Virus record (IMG/VR): IMGVR_UViG_3300032291_000953
Span: 1-43,078 of that record
Source: a virus
Lineage: Duplodnaviria; Caudoviricetes
Reading direction: 5' to 3' (one strand)
Length of the DNA stretch: 43,078 bases
Of the stretch, positions 1 to 8,961 are shown in pieces. A program made the position numbers and the translations under genes. Within the stretch, counting starts at the first letter, position 1. The number at the start of each line of letters is the position of its first letter. The notes below the pieces were generated by a model. It did not search any database and was not told the DNA's origin. It was given only the letters and a program-made list of their open reading frames with translations.

Positions 1-279
1 ATACAAGAAGCCAAGAATGACTCTATTGTTAAACAACAAGACTTAGTAAGTAAAGGAATTAAAAATGACTATGAAAGCAAGCTTGCTGCCGTTCGTAATT
101 ATTATGGCGGGTTGCAGCACTCCAGTACCAGTGGCAGTAAATTGTCCGGCATTTCCAACCCCGCCAGCGGAGCTAATGAAACCCCCGCCTACTACCAGCT
201 TGCTGAGTCCTGCGCTGAAACCACTCTCCAAACCTTAGCATTACAGGATTGGATCTTACAACAAGCAGGAATTAAGTAA
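1..279 (+). CDS. Rz: Rz-like inner-membrane spanin (5' truncated)
   Basis: Frame 1 is open from base 1 to TAA at 277-279 (IQEAKNDSIV...AETTLQTLALQDWILQQAGIK). It has the Rz-type C-terminal LQDWI, carries an embedded lipoprotein gene, and adjoins the holin and endolysin. Confidence 0.75.
   Translation: MQEAKNDSIVKQQDLVSKGIKNDYESKLAAVRNYYGGLQHSSTSGSKLSGISNPASGANETPAYYQLAESCAETTLQTLALQDWILQQAGIK
65..238 (+). CDS. Rz1: Rz1-like outer-membrane lipoprotein spanin, embedded in the +1 frame of Rz
   Basis: Manual translation: MTMKASLLPFVIIMAGCSTPVPVAVNCPAFPTPPAELMKPPPTTSLLSPALKPLSKP. Signal peptide, lipobox MAG-C and Pro-rich mature region. Absent from the ORF track. Confidence 0.8.
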   Translation: MTMKASLLPFVIIMAGCSTPVPVAVNCPAFPTPPAELMKPPPTTSLLSPALKPLSKP

Positions 280-887
280 TGGCGGTAGTAGAACAAGGCA
301 ATGCTAAAGAAACGCTATTAGGCGTTTTAAACTATATTGATAGCCCATTTAAGTTGGGTGTAGTTCTTTTGCTGGCGTTTTTAGGATTTTTTGGTTTTTT
401 TATATATCAGCATCAGGATGTAATGATTGGTGCTTATGTAAAAAGTAAAGAAAGACCTACCATGAATGCTGATAGATTTGAACCAGCAGCAAGGTTGATA
501 TTGAAATCTACTGGTGCAGAAGTGGTAGTGATATTTCATGTAGATACCATTCTTGGAAGGCGTATAGTTGAGAGAGCTTTCCTTGCTGACGGCTCTAGAT
601 ACAAAGACTTTGATGGTTACGATGTTGGTTTGTTTACTAAAAATATTGCTAATAACAACGATGTTATTAAATTGATGGCAAATGAGATTCCGTGCGGAGA
701 ATACGCTAGGGCGCAGTCTGAAATTGGTCTTTGGTATAAGTCTTTAGGTGTTAACTACACTTGCCGTATATCAGTTCCGCCTGACCAAAATCAATTTATT
801 GGGCAAATTACAGTAGGTTGGAAAGAAAAGCCAGTTGATCCAGAAGCTATCCTGCCAATAGCAGCAATAATGTTAAGTAGAAAATAA
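279..887 (+). CDS. Holin, T4 gpT-like (single TM plus periplasmic GAF-like domain)
   Basis: One N-terminal TM helix. Motifs LLGVL, RFE, GQITVGW and C-terminal AAIMLSRK parallel T4 T as recalled. Lies between spanins and endolysin. Confidence 0.6.
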   Translation: MAVVEQGNAKETLLGVLNYIDSPFKLGVVLLLAFLGFFGFFIYQHQDVMIGAYVKSKERPTMNADRFEPAARLILKSTGAEVVVIFHVDTILGRRIVERAFLADGSRYKDFDGYDVGLFTKNIANNNDVIKLMANEIPCGEYARAQSEIGLWYKSLGVNYTCRISVPPDQNQFIGQITVGWKEKPVDPEAILPIAAIMLSRK

Positions 888-1474
888 TGACAAACGAACA
901 GCTACAAGAACTTGGTATTGATGCGAAGTGGTTGCAACCGCTGGAGGATACCTTTGCCAAATACGATATCAACACACCAGAGCGTCAAGCAGCGTTTATT
1001 GGTCAGTGTGCTCATGAATCTGGAAACTTTAAAGTATTGCAAGAGAACCTTAATTACAGTGCAGAAGGCTTAATGAAGACTTGGCCAAGCCGTTTTCCTA
1101 CAAAAGAGATTGCAGATCAATATGCACGTCAACCAGCTAAGATTGCTGGCAAAGTTTATAACGGACGGTTAGGTAACACTAGCGAGGAAGAGGCTGCTAA
1201 GTATTTAGGCAGGGGCTTGATTCAGTTGACTGGCAAGGAAAATTATGGAAACTGCGGATCTGGTCTTGGTGTGGATCTTCTCAGTAATCCTGATTTGCTT
1301 AGTACTCCTGAATATGCGGCTTTAAGCGCTGGCTGGTTTTGGAACAAGAAAGGCTTAAATGCCTTGGCAGATGCTGGGGATTTTGAGACAATGACAAAGA
1401 GAATAAATGGTGGCTTAATTGGGTTAGATGACCGCAAAGCCAAGATTGCTAAAGCATTATCCGTGTTAGGGTAA
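887..1474 (+). CDS. Endolysin, glycoside hydrolase family 19
   Basis: AAFIGQCAHESGNF, GRGLIQLTGKENY, SAGWFW and TKRINGG motifs. Confidence 0.9.
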   Translation: MTNEQLQELGIDAKWLQPLEDTFAKYDINTPERQAAFIGQCAHESGNFKVLQENLNYSAEGLMKTWPSRFPTKEIADQYARQPAKIAGKVYNGRLGNTSEEEAAKYLGRGLIQLTGKENYGNCGSGLGVDLLSNPDLLSTPEYAALSAGWFWNKKGLNALADAGDFETMTKRINGGLIGLDDRKAKIAKALSVLG

Positions 1475-1480
1475 ACACTT

Positions 1481-3628
1481 ATGTTACAAAAACTACAACT
1501 GCGCCCTGGATTGAACCGAGAAGGTACAGACTACTCTAACGAGGGCGGTTACTATGACGGGGATAAAATCCGCTTTCGTTCAGGTTTTCCTGAAAAGATT
1601 GGTGGCTGGGTACGTTTAAGTGCTAATAACTTTGTAGGAATTGCTCGTTCTTTATGGAACTGGGCTACTTTAAATAACTCAAACTACTTAGGTATTGGCA
1701 CCAACTTAAAGTATTATGTTGAAAGTGGTGGTCTATATAATGACATTACTCCTATTGTTAACAGCGTAAACGAAACAAATGCTATTACCACAGGGTTTAC
1801 TACCTTAGTATCCACTATCAATGCTACAACAACTACATTTACCGTAACAGACGGCACTAACTTTCCACCGCAAAACGGGGTGGTTAAGATTGATTCTGAA
1901 GTTATTTTTTACAACACGTTAACTAGCAACGTTGCTTCAAACTGTATTCGTGGATATGCTAATACTACGGCAGCTTCTCATACTGCTGGTGCAAACGTAG
2001 CTAGTGCGTTCTTTATTCTAAAAGATACAAACAATGACGTTAATGATAGAGATTATGTTATTGTCTCTAACTGCTCTGTGTCTTCTATTGGTGGTATTGC
2101 CAATACAACGATTAACGGCGAACATCAGGTATTTAAGTATGCATCAAACGTAGAATATGCATTAGCTTCTACAGCGGATAACAACCTAGCTAACGTTACT
2201 TATTGCACATCTGCTGTTGCTAATACCGCAAACGTTACAGTACAAAACGAATATCCAGTTGGTTTGGAAGTTTATTCTCTTGGTACTGGTTGGGGCGCAG
2301 GTCCTTGGAGCCGTGGTGGTTGGGGTTCTGCATTTGAAGGTGCGGGTGTTGGTCAACAGTTACGGCTTTGGTCTAACGACAACTACGGTGAAGATTTAAT
2401 TCTAGCGCCTCGTGGTGGTGAGATTTTCTATTGGTACGGAGCGGGCGGGCTTAGTACACGTGCAAAATATCTATCAACGCTTTCTACAGACTTAGGATTC
2501 CAAGGTACATATGTGCCTGAGTCAACTAACCAGATTATTGCTTCCGCTATCCAGCGTTTTGTTATAGCTTTTGGCGCTAACTCTTACTTATCTGGTACCC
2601 CTGCAACTGATTTTGATCCAATGCTTGTTCGTTGGTCTGACCAAGAAAACCCCTATGATTGGGTACCTTCTGTAACTAACCAAGCTGGTGAATTCCGCCT
2701 GACCAACGGTTCTTACATTATGGCCGCTAAGTCAACCCGTCAAGAGATTCTAGTTTGGACTGATTCGGCTATTTATTCACAGCAATATTTAGGACCTCCT
2801 TATGTTTGGGGCTTTAATATTTTGATGGATAACATCTCCGTGATGTCTCCAAACTGTATGATTACGATTAACAACGTAACCTACTGGATGGGTACGGATA
2901 AGTTTTATATGTATTCTGGTCGTGTGGAAACACTTCCTTGTGCACTGCGTCAATATGTCTTTGCCGATATTAATAAAGACCAAGGCTATCAGGTTACTTG
3001 CGGTGGTAATGAAGGCTACAACGAGATCTGGTGGTTCTATTGCTCTACTAACAGCACTGTAATTAACAAGTACGTTGTATATAACTACTTAGATCGTGTT
3101 TGGTACTATGGTTCTTTAAACCGCACAGCGTGGTTAGATTCTGGTATTCGTCAAAATCCAATGGGTACATTTATCAACGGTGCTGATGATATGCGTAATC
3201 CTTTAGGGCGCCTTCTTTACCATGAAGTTGGCAACGACGATGCTTCAGGGCTTTCTACCGTGCCTATTGCTGCGTATGTACAGTCTTCTGACTTTGATAT
3301 TGGTGATGGGCATAACTTTGGCTATGTATGGCGGATGCTCCCTGACGTAAACTTTAACGGTTCTAGCGCAAACCAACCTAGTGTTCAGATGCAACTTAAA
3401 CCTCGCTATAACAGTGGAACTGCGTATAGTACGGACGATAATCCAACCGTAACTAGCTCTGATAACTTTGTGCTTGCACCTCAGTACACAATTCAGCAAT
3501 TTACTGGGCAGGTTTATACCCGCTTGCGGGGTCGCCAGATGGCATTTAGGATTAGCTCTGACGGCTTAGGTGTGGCTTGGCAGTTGGGTACTCCACGTAT
3601 TGATATTAAGAACGATGGTCGCAGATGA
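1481..3628 (+). CDS. Tail hub / DNA stabilisation protein (P22 gp10-like)
   Basis: 715 aa, beta-rich, with VRWSDQE and EIWWFY motifs. Sits directly before the ejection proteins. Confidence 0.65.
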   Translation: MLQKLQLRPGLNREGTDYSNEGGYYDGDKIRFRSGFPEKIGGWVRLSANNFVGIARSLWNWATLNNSNYLGIGTNLKYYVESGGLYNDITPIVNSVNETNAITTGFTTLVSTINATTTTFTVTDGTNFPPQNGVVKIDSEVIFYNTLTSNVASNCIRGYANTTAASHTAGANVASAFFILKDTNNDVNDRDYVIVSNCSVSSIGGIANTTINGEHQVFKYASNVEYALASTADNNLANVTYCTSAVANTANVTVQNEYPVGLEVYSLGTGWGAGPWSRGGWGSAFEGAGVGQQLRLWSNDNYGEDLILAPRGGEIFYWYGAGGLSTRAKYLSTLSTDLGFQGTYVPESTNQIIASAIQRFVIAFGANSYLSGTPATDFDPMLVRWSDQENPYDWVPSVTNQAGEFRLTNGSYIMAAKSTRQEILVWTDSAIYSQQYLGPPYVWGFNILMDNISVMSPNCMITINNVTYWMGTDKFYMYSGRVETLPCALRQYVFADINKDQGYQVTCGGNEGYNEIWWFYCSTNSTVINKYVVYNYLDRVWYYGSLNRTAWLDSGIRQNPMGTFINGADDMRNPLGRLLYHEVGNDDASGLSTVPIAAYVQSSDFDIGDGHNFGYVWRMLPDVNFNGSSANQPSVQMQLKPRYNSGTAYSTDDNPTVTSSDNFVLAPQYTIQQFTGQVYTRLRGRQMAFRISSDGLGVAWQLGTPRIDIKNDGRR

Positions 3629-3933
3629 GTACAGGTACAACCAAATCCCCTAACTTACCGATTGCTCCGGTTGAATACGACCAGCAGTATCAAGACCAGC
3701 TTAATAACGTCTTGCGTCTGTACTTTTCCCAGCTAGATAACCCAGGACCGTCTGCTGCAGCAACTCAAAGAAACGGTAATGCTGTTATTTCTGCTTTTAA
3801 TTTTAGTCAAGCTAACGCTACTGGAGTGCAGATATTAAGCCTACCAGATCAAACCGAATTATCCAAGTTAAGAGTAGGCGATGTGTATGTGGATAAAAGC
3901 GCTAGTAATGTTTTAAAGGTTAAAGTATCGTGA
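3625..3933 (+). CDS. Small virion-associated protein
   Basis: ATGA overlap with the tail-hub gene; LPIAPVEYD...LRLYF N-terminus; position in the structural operon. Confidence 0.5.
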   Translation: MSTGTTKSPNLPIAPVEYDQQYQDQLNNVLRLYFSQLDNPGPSAAATQRNGNAVISAFNFSQANATGVQILSLPDQTELSKLRVGDVYVDKSASNVLKVKVS

Positions 3934-3967
3934 TAAAATCAACTAAATTCGATCTAAAAGGCCATTT

Positions 3968-5665
3968 ATGGGCATAGAATCTCTTTCCCAACGCAACATG
4001 CAAAACGCTGGTTTAGCTGGAACTGACCGACTAGCTAGGAATGCTATGTTTCCGCAGTCCCAAATGGATAAGACCCAATATGCGGTTTCTAGCCAGATGC
4101 CTACTAGTGCCGAAATAATCCGTTCAGATTACGATACTCCGTCTAATGCCTATACAGGGTTAGCCAATCAAACGTTTGCACAAGGTGGTATTGCCAGATT
4201 AGCCTACGGCGGCACCCCAGAAGAACAACGTGCGATTATTGCGGACGCATACCAAAAGATACTAGGTCGTGCTCCTAGTGAAGGTGAAGATATTACGCAG
4301 TGGTCTAGCCAACTAGGTGAGACTGGCGACACTATAGAACTTGCTAATAGGCTTGCACAAACCGAAGAAGGTACTGCATATGGCAAGTTAAACCCAAATG
4401 AAGTATATAAAGGGGCTGCTCAGCTTTCTCAAGTCAGTTCCCCGTTCAAAGACACAGAAACTCCGTACTCAAACATGAAATATGTGGCATCTCACACTAC
4501 TCCAACTACGGAAGAGGGTCAAGGTGGTGTTACAACTCATAGATTTCAAGATCAAAACGGTGGGGTTATTACTGTTGGTGATGATGGCCAACCTATTAAT
4601 TATGAACCAGGACGTGGTTGGTATGAAGAACAATTACGCAAAAATCCAGATGCAGTTCGTAAATCAGACTATAGAAACCAAACCTATTTATCTACTGGTC
4701 CTATAGACCAAACCTATAACTTTAATGGGGTAGATGTTCCGATTACTGCACAAGAGTTTCAGTTAGATCCGAAGACTGGTAACTTTATTACTGGTAAAAC
4801 TGGCGACTATGCTCCTGTCCTTATGAAAGACCGTGGGTATGATTGGTTTGACGATTGGGGTGGCCCTGCAATGGTGGTTGCTATTCCTGCGTTGGCTGCT
4901 GCAGGAGCTGCTGCGGCTGGGGCATATGGCGCTGGCGCTGCTGGCGCTGGTGCTGCTGGTGGAACTACTGCCGGAACTGTTGCTGGTTCTGCTGCTGTAC
5001 CGCTTGCCGAAATAACAGGAAGTACGTTTGCTGGTCCAGCTTTTGCATTACCAGAAGCCGCCGCCGCAACTATTGGCGTAGGTGGTGAAGCTGCCTCTAA
5101 AGGACTAACATTAAAAGATGCTTATAACGCATATAAGTATGGAAAAATGGGTCTTGGCACATTAAACGCACTATCAGGTACTGGTGGTACAGCTACTGGT
5201 AGTTATGGGGATCAGGGTATTAACTTAGGTATGGGCAATACAGGTTTTGTAGCAAACACCTATGGCAATACCGGTTTAGGTATTTCAGGTGACTATTCTC
5301 CATTAAGAACAGATCCAATATTCTTATCTAAGTTATCAGAATTTAAAGCTGATAGACCCATTGAAATGGCATCTGGAGGCATTGCTAATTTAGGTTCATA
5401 CTCAGATGGGGGGCAATTATTAAAAGGCCCTGGAGATGGTATGAGTGATAATATTCCAGCTAAAATAGGACGTACTCAACCAGCTCGTCTGGCTGATGGA
5501 GAATTTGTAGTTCCAGCGGATGTTGTTAGCCATCTAGGTAATGGCTCGACTGATGCTGGAGCTAAGCAGTTATATAAAATGATGGATCGTATTCGCCATG
5601 CCCGTACCGGAAACAAGAAACAGGGCAAGCAAATCAACCCATCTAAATTTTTACCACAAGGATAA
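3968..5665 (+). CDS. Internal virion/ejection protein with DUF4214-like domain
   Basis: AYQKILGRAP DUF4214-like segment, Ala/Gly-rich hydrophobic tract, and C-terminal GPGDGMSDNIPA...LADGEFVVPADVV module. Confidence 0.55.
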   Translation: MGIESLSQRNMQNAGLAGTDRLARNAMFPQSQMDKTQYAVSSQMPTSAEIIRSDYDTPSNAYTGLANQTFAQGGIARLAYGGTPEEQRAIIADAYQKILGRAPSEGEDITQWSSQLGETGDTIELANRLAQTEEGTAYGKLNPNEVYKGAAQLSQVSSPFKDTETPYSNMKYVASHTTPTTEEGQGGVTTHRFQDQNGGVITVGDDGQPINYEPGRGWYEEQLRKNPDAVRKSDYRNQTYLSTGPIDQTYNFNGVDVPITAQEFQLDPKTGNFITGKTGDYAPVLMKDRGYDWFDDWGGPAMVVAIPALAAAGAAAAGAYGAGAAGAGAAGGTTAGTVAGSAAVPLAEITGSTFAGPAFALPEAAAATIGVGGEAASKGLTLKDAYNAYKYGKMGLGTLNALSGTGGTATGSYGDQGINLGMGNTGFVANTYGNTGLGISGDYSPLRTDPIFLSKLSEFKADRPIEMASGGIANLGSYSDGGQLLKGPGDGMSDNIPAKIGRTQPARLADGEFVVPADVVSHLGNGSTDAGAKQLYKMMDRIRHARTGNKKQGKQINPSKFLPQG

Positions 5666-5668
5666 ATC

Positions 5669-7186
5669 ATGGGTATTTTTGATCCACAAGGACTACCTTC
5701 TAGCCCTACTTCGCAAACTAATACTAGCTCTGGAATTGCATCTTGGGCGCAGCCGTATGTAATGAACTACCTTAACCAAGGTAATGCGCTGCTCAATCAA
5801 GGCCCTACGGCCATGCAAAATCAAGTATATGGTTCTGCATCAAATATGCAGACTCCTGGACAATTTGCGCAAGGAACAAATTTTTTAAACCAGTCTGGCG
5901 CTGGGATGCTGAGTACTACTGGCACTGCTTTAGGTTATGGACAACAAGGTTCTAACTACGGTCAACAAGGTGCTGGGTACGGTCAACAAGCTACTGGTGT
6001 TGGTCAAGCTTATCAAAACATGGCCACCGATCCAAGCCAAATGGCTGCTTATATGAACCCCTATGTTCAACAAGCACTTAACCCACAGCTTGCATTATTG
6101 AACCAACAACAAGCTTTAGCTGGCCAAGGTATTGCTTCTAAAGCTGCTGGGCAAGGTGCGTTTGGTGGTAATCGTGCGACACTAGCTCAAGGTTTAAATC
6201 AGCAAAACTACGCTTTGGCACAGCAACAAGCAATTGGACAAGGTTATAGTGATGCATTTAAACAAGCGCAACAGGCTCAACAGTTTGGAGCCGACTTAGG
6301 TTTACGTGGTTTACAAACTGGCATACAAGGTGCTCAAACTGGCATACAAGGTGCTCAGACAGGATTACAAGGTGTACAAGGCGCTCAAGCTGGTTATGCT
6401 GGTGCTACACAAGCAGGTGTAGGTTTAGGTAATATTGGTTCGCAACAAGGTCAGTACGAAACAAATAAACTTGCACTACAAAACCAAATTGCTAATCAAC
6501 AATACAATTTGCCGTTCCAACGCCTACAGTTTATGCAAGGTCTAATGCAAGGCTTACCAGTTGCTTCACAAACACAAACAGGTTACCAATCTGGACCAAA
6601 CTCACTATCTCAAATTGGTGGATTGGGAACAACGCTTATTGGTGGTGCAGCTTTGGCTAATAAGTTTGGTGTTTTTGATTTCTTAAAAAACAGCGGTGGG
6701 AGTGGAACACTAGGGAACGTCCTTGACGATGATGGAAACCCAATGCCTCCATTTGCTAAAGGTGGTCAAATCAAATCCTATGCTTCTGGTGGAATGGCGG
6801 AGGGTTTAGCAGCGGGTCTAGACTATGGCAATGAAATGCGCCCTATGGGACAAATAGCTCCTTCTGGATATGGTCTTGCTGAACTTATGCAAGCTAGAGA
6901 TGTTGTTCCTATGGGCGCTGGTATAGGTCCAGCATTTGGTAGTTCTAATGAAGACTATGTAAATTCTTTATATCAAAATATGTTAGGTAGACAAGCTGAT
7001 CAAGGTGGTTACCAACATAACTTAGATCTACTAAACTCTGGCAAGATTAGCGCTCAAGATTTAGCTGGCGCTTTCCGTACTTCTGAGGAAGGTCAAAGAA
7101 TGCCTAGCCGTAATGTATTAATGGGTGCTGGTATGCCAGCAGCAAGTGGTCTAGCTGACATTCGTTTAAATCAATTGTTAGGTTAA
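5669..7186 (+). CDS. Gln/Gly-rich DNA ejection (pilot) protein with C-terminal DUF4214-like domain
   Basis: Q/G/A-rich heptad repeats, GAFGGNR motif, and YVNSLYQNMLGRQADQGG segment. Confidence 0.6.
   Translation: MGIFDPQGLPSSPTSQTNTSSGIASWAQPYVMNYLNQGNALLNQGPTAMQNQVYGSASNMQTPGQFAQGTNFLNQSGAGMLSTTGTALGYGQQGSNYGQQGAGYGQQATGVGQAYQNMATDPSQMAAYMNPYVQQALNPQLALLNQQQALAGQGIASKAAGQGAFGGNRATLAQGLNQQNYALAQQQAIGQGYSDAFKQAQQAQQFGADLGLRGLQTGIQGAQTGIQGAQTGLQGVQGAQAGYAGATQAGVGLGNIGSQQGQYETNKLALQNQIANQQYNLPFQRLQFMQGLMQGLPVASQTQTGYQSGPNSLSQIGGLGTTLIGGAALANKFGVFDFLKNSGGSGTLGNVLDDDGNPMPPFAKGGQIKSYASGGMAEGLAAGLDYGNEMRPMGQIAPSGYGLAELMQARDVVPMGAGIGPAFGSSNEDYVNSLYQNMLGRQADQGGYQHNLDLLNSGKISAQDLAGAFRTSEEGQRMPSRNVLMGAGMPAASGLADIRLNQLLG
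6314..6355 (+). repeat. 21-bp tandem repeat (QTGIQGA x2) within ejection protein
   Basis: caaactggcatacaaggtgct occurs twice exactly, followed by degenerate copies. Confidence 0.9.
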
Positions 7187-7188
7187 GT

Positions 7189-8952
7189 ATGAATATTACA
7201 CAATTATCTGAACAGTTAAAGGATGTACCTCAAGGTACGCTCGTTGGCTATGCAAAGAATCCTAATAGCGTAGTTCCTCAGTTCTTAGCTTTAGCTGAGA
7301 TTCAACGCCGTCAGCAATTACAAGCTCCAATGTCAGCTCCTACAGGAACTGTTGCAGATGATGTGTTAGCACAGGCTACCCCAATGCCACAACAGATGAC
7401 GCCTCAACAAGTTGATCCTCGTTTATTGCAAGCTCAAGCTATGCAACAACAAGCACAACAACTTCCAGAGAACCAGCCTGGTGTAGCTCAGTTACCTTCA
7501 GGTATGCCACAAGGCATGGCTTCTGGTGGTATTGTTGCGTTTGCTGGTGGTGGAGATGCAGAAGAAGATGAAGATTACCAAGATTACTTAGACTCACGTG
7601 AGAAAACAAAACGCAATAGTCGTTTTGATGAAATGTTTAGTGGCTTAAAAGATCGTGTTGCTGGTATTGCTAGTTCAATGCCAGAGTCTTATGAAGAAAC
7701 CAAAAAATCATATCAACCTACCTCATCAACAAAGCCAGAAGGAATTGAAGGATTGTTGGCTAAAATTGGTCATCTGGAAAGTGGTAACAAAGACTATGAC
7801 AAATATGGTCGATTAATTACATCTCCAAAGGGTGCAGAAGGAAGAATGCAAACATTGCGTTCTACCCAACGTGATCCAGGTTATGGAGTAATGGCAGCTA
7901 GAGATAGTAGCGTTGAAGAGAAGAATAGGGTTGGAGAAGATTACTTCAAAGCTATGCTTAGCGAATTTAAGGATCCAAAAGTAGCTGCTATGGCTTACAA
8001 CTGGGGTCCAGGCAATGTTAAGAAATGGATTGATTCTGGTTATAAGTTGCCAATTCCTGAAGAAACCCGTAAGTACGCATCTCATTTTGCAGAAGGCGGT
8101 ATTGCACGACTTGCAACTGGCGATTTGATTGACCCATATAAGAGTCTATCTGCTGGAGAAGAGATTATTCCAGAAACCTTGTCAGCACCAGTTTTAGAAA
8201 AACAAGTTAACCCACTAGAAGAATATTTAAAACAGTTGCGTAGTGAGAGGGAAGAAATTAAAGCAGGACAGAGCACCGATGCTAGCTTAGCTTTAATGCA
8301 AGCTGGACTTGGAATGATGGCTGGAACTTCTCCTTATGCTCTAACTAATGTTGGTCTGGGTGGAATGCAAGGTCTTGCAGCGTATCAAGCCGCTCAAAAA
8401 CAAAGAGCTGTTGAGTTGGCTGCACTTCGTAAAGCCGAAGGTTCTGGGCTTGAAGCTGGTCAGATATATGAATACAGACAGCAACAACTTAAAGATCAAG
8501 CTGATATTAAAAACCGTCAATTGGAAAGTTTGAATGAAAATCGTCAAGAGCGGATTAGAATTGCAAACGAGAAGTTGTCTAGCGCTGCTGATGTTGCCGC
8601 AAATCTTAAACAAGCTAAGATTGATGATTTAACAACCAAGACATTGGCTGCTGCTGGTCGCAATCCTCAATACAAATTCTATGTTAAACAATTAGAAAAC
8701 AGTGCTGCTGGCACTCCTGAGCATGAAGAAGCTATTCAAGCATTGCAACAGATTGAAGATACATTTCTTAAGAATGCTGGCTTAACAGCAGCTAAGCCTA
8801 TTTCAATTACAAGAAATCCTCCTAAAGAAGAAGAACCTGGATTCTTAAGAGATATCTTTACTAAAGCTGGGCAAAGAATATTTGGCGCACCATCTTCATC
8901 TGGGGTAGAGTTATCACCCAAACAGCAAGATTTGCTAAACAAATACAAATAA
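7189..8952 (+). CDS. Ejection protein with lytic transglycosylase (SLT) domain
   Basis: LESGN catalytic Glu, SPKGAEGRMQ, AYNWGPGNV and ETRKY motifs. Confidence 0.8.
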   Translation: MNITQLSEQLKDVPQGTLVGYAKNPNSVVPQFLALAEIQRRQQLQAPMSAPTGTVADDVLAQATPMPQQMTPQQVDPRLLQAQAMQQQAQQLPENQPGVAQLPSGMPQGMASGGIVAFAGGGDAEEDEDYQDYLDSREKTKRNSRFDEMFSGLKDRVAGIASSMPESYEETKKSYQPTSSTKPEGIEGLLAKIGHLESGNKDYDKYGRLITSPKGAEGRMQTLRSTQRDPGYGVMAARDSSVEEKNRVGEDYFKAMLSEFKDPKVAAMAYNWGPGNVKKWIDSGYKLPIPEETRKYASHFAEGGIARLATGDLIDPYKSLSAGEEIIPETLSAPVLEKQVNPLEEYLKQLRSEREEIKAGQSTDASLALMQAGLGMMAGTSPYALTNVGLGGMQGLAAYQAAQKQRAVELAALRKAEGSGLEAGQIYEYRQQQLKDQADIKNRQLESLNENRQERIRIANEKLSSAADVAANLKQAKIDDLTTKTLAAAGRNPQYKFYVKQLENSAAGTPEHEEAIQALQQIEDTFLKNAGLTAAKPISITRNPPKEEEPGFLRDIFTKAGQRIFGAPSSSGVELSPKQQDLLNKYK

Positions 8953-8961
8953 AGGCTAGTA

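Noticed and set aside
4855-5088. Cys/Trp-rich 77-aa ORF resembling a toxin or metallothionein
   Set aside because: Frame-shifted shadow of the GCT/GGT Ala-Gly codons in the 3968-5665 gene; no RBS.
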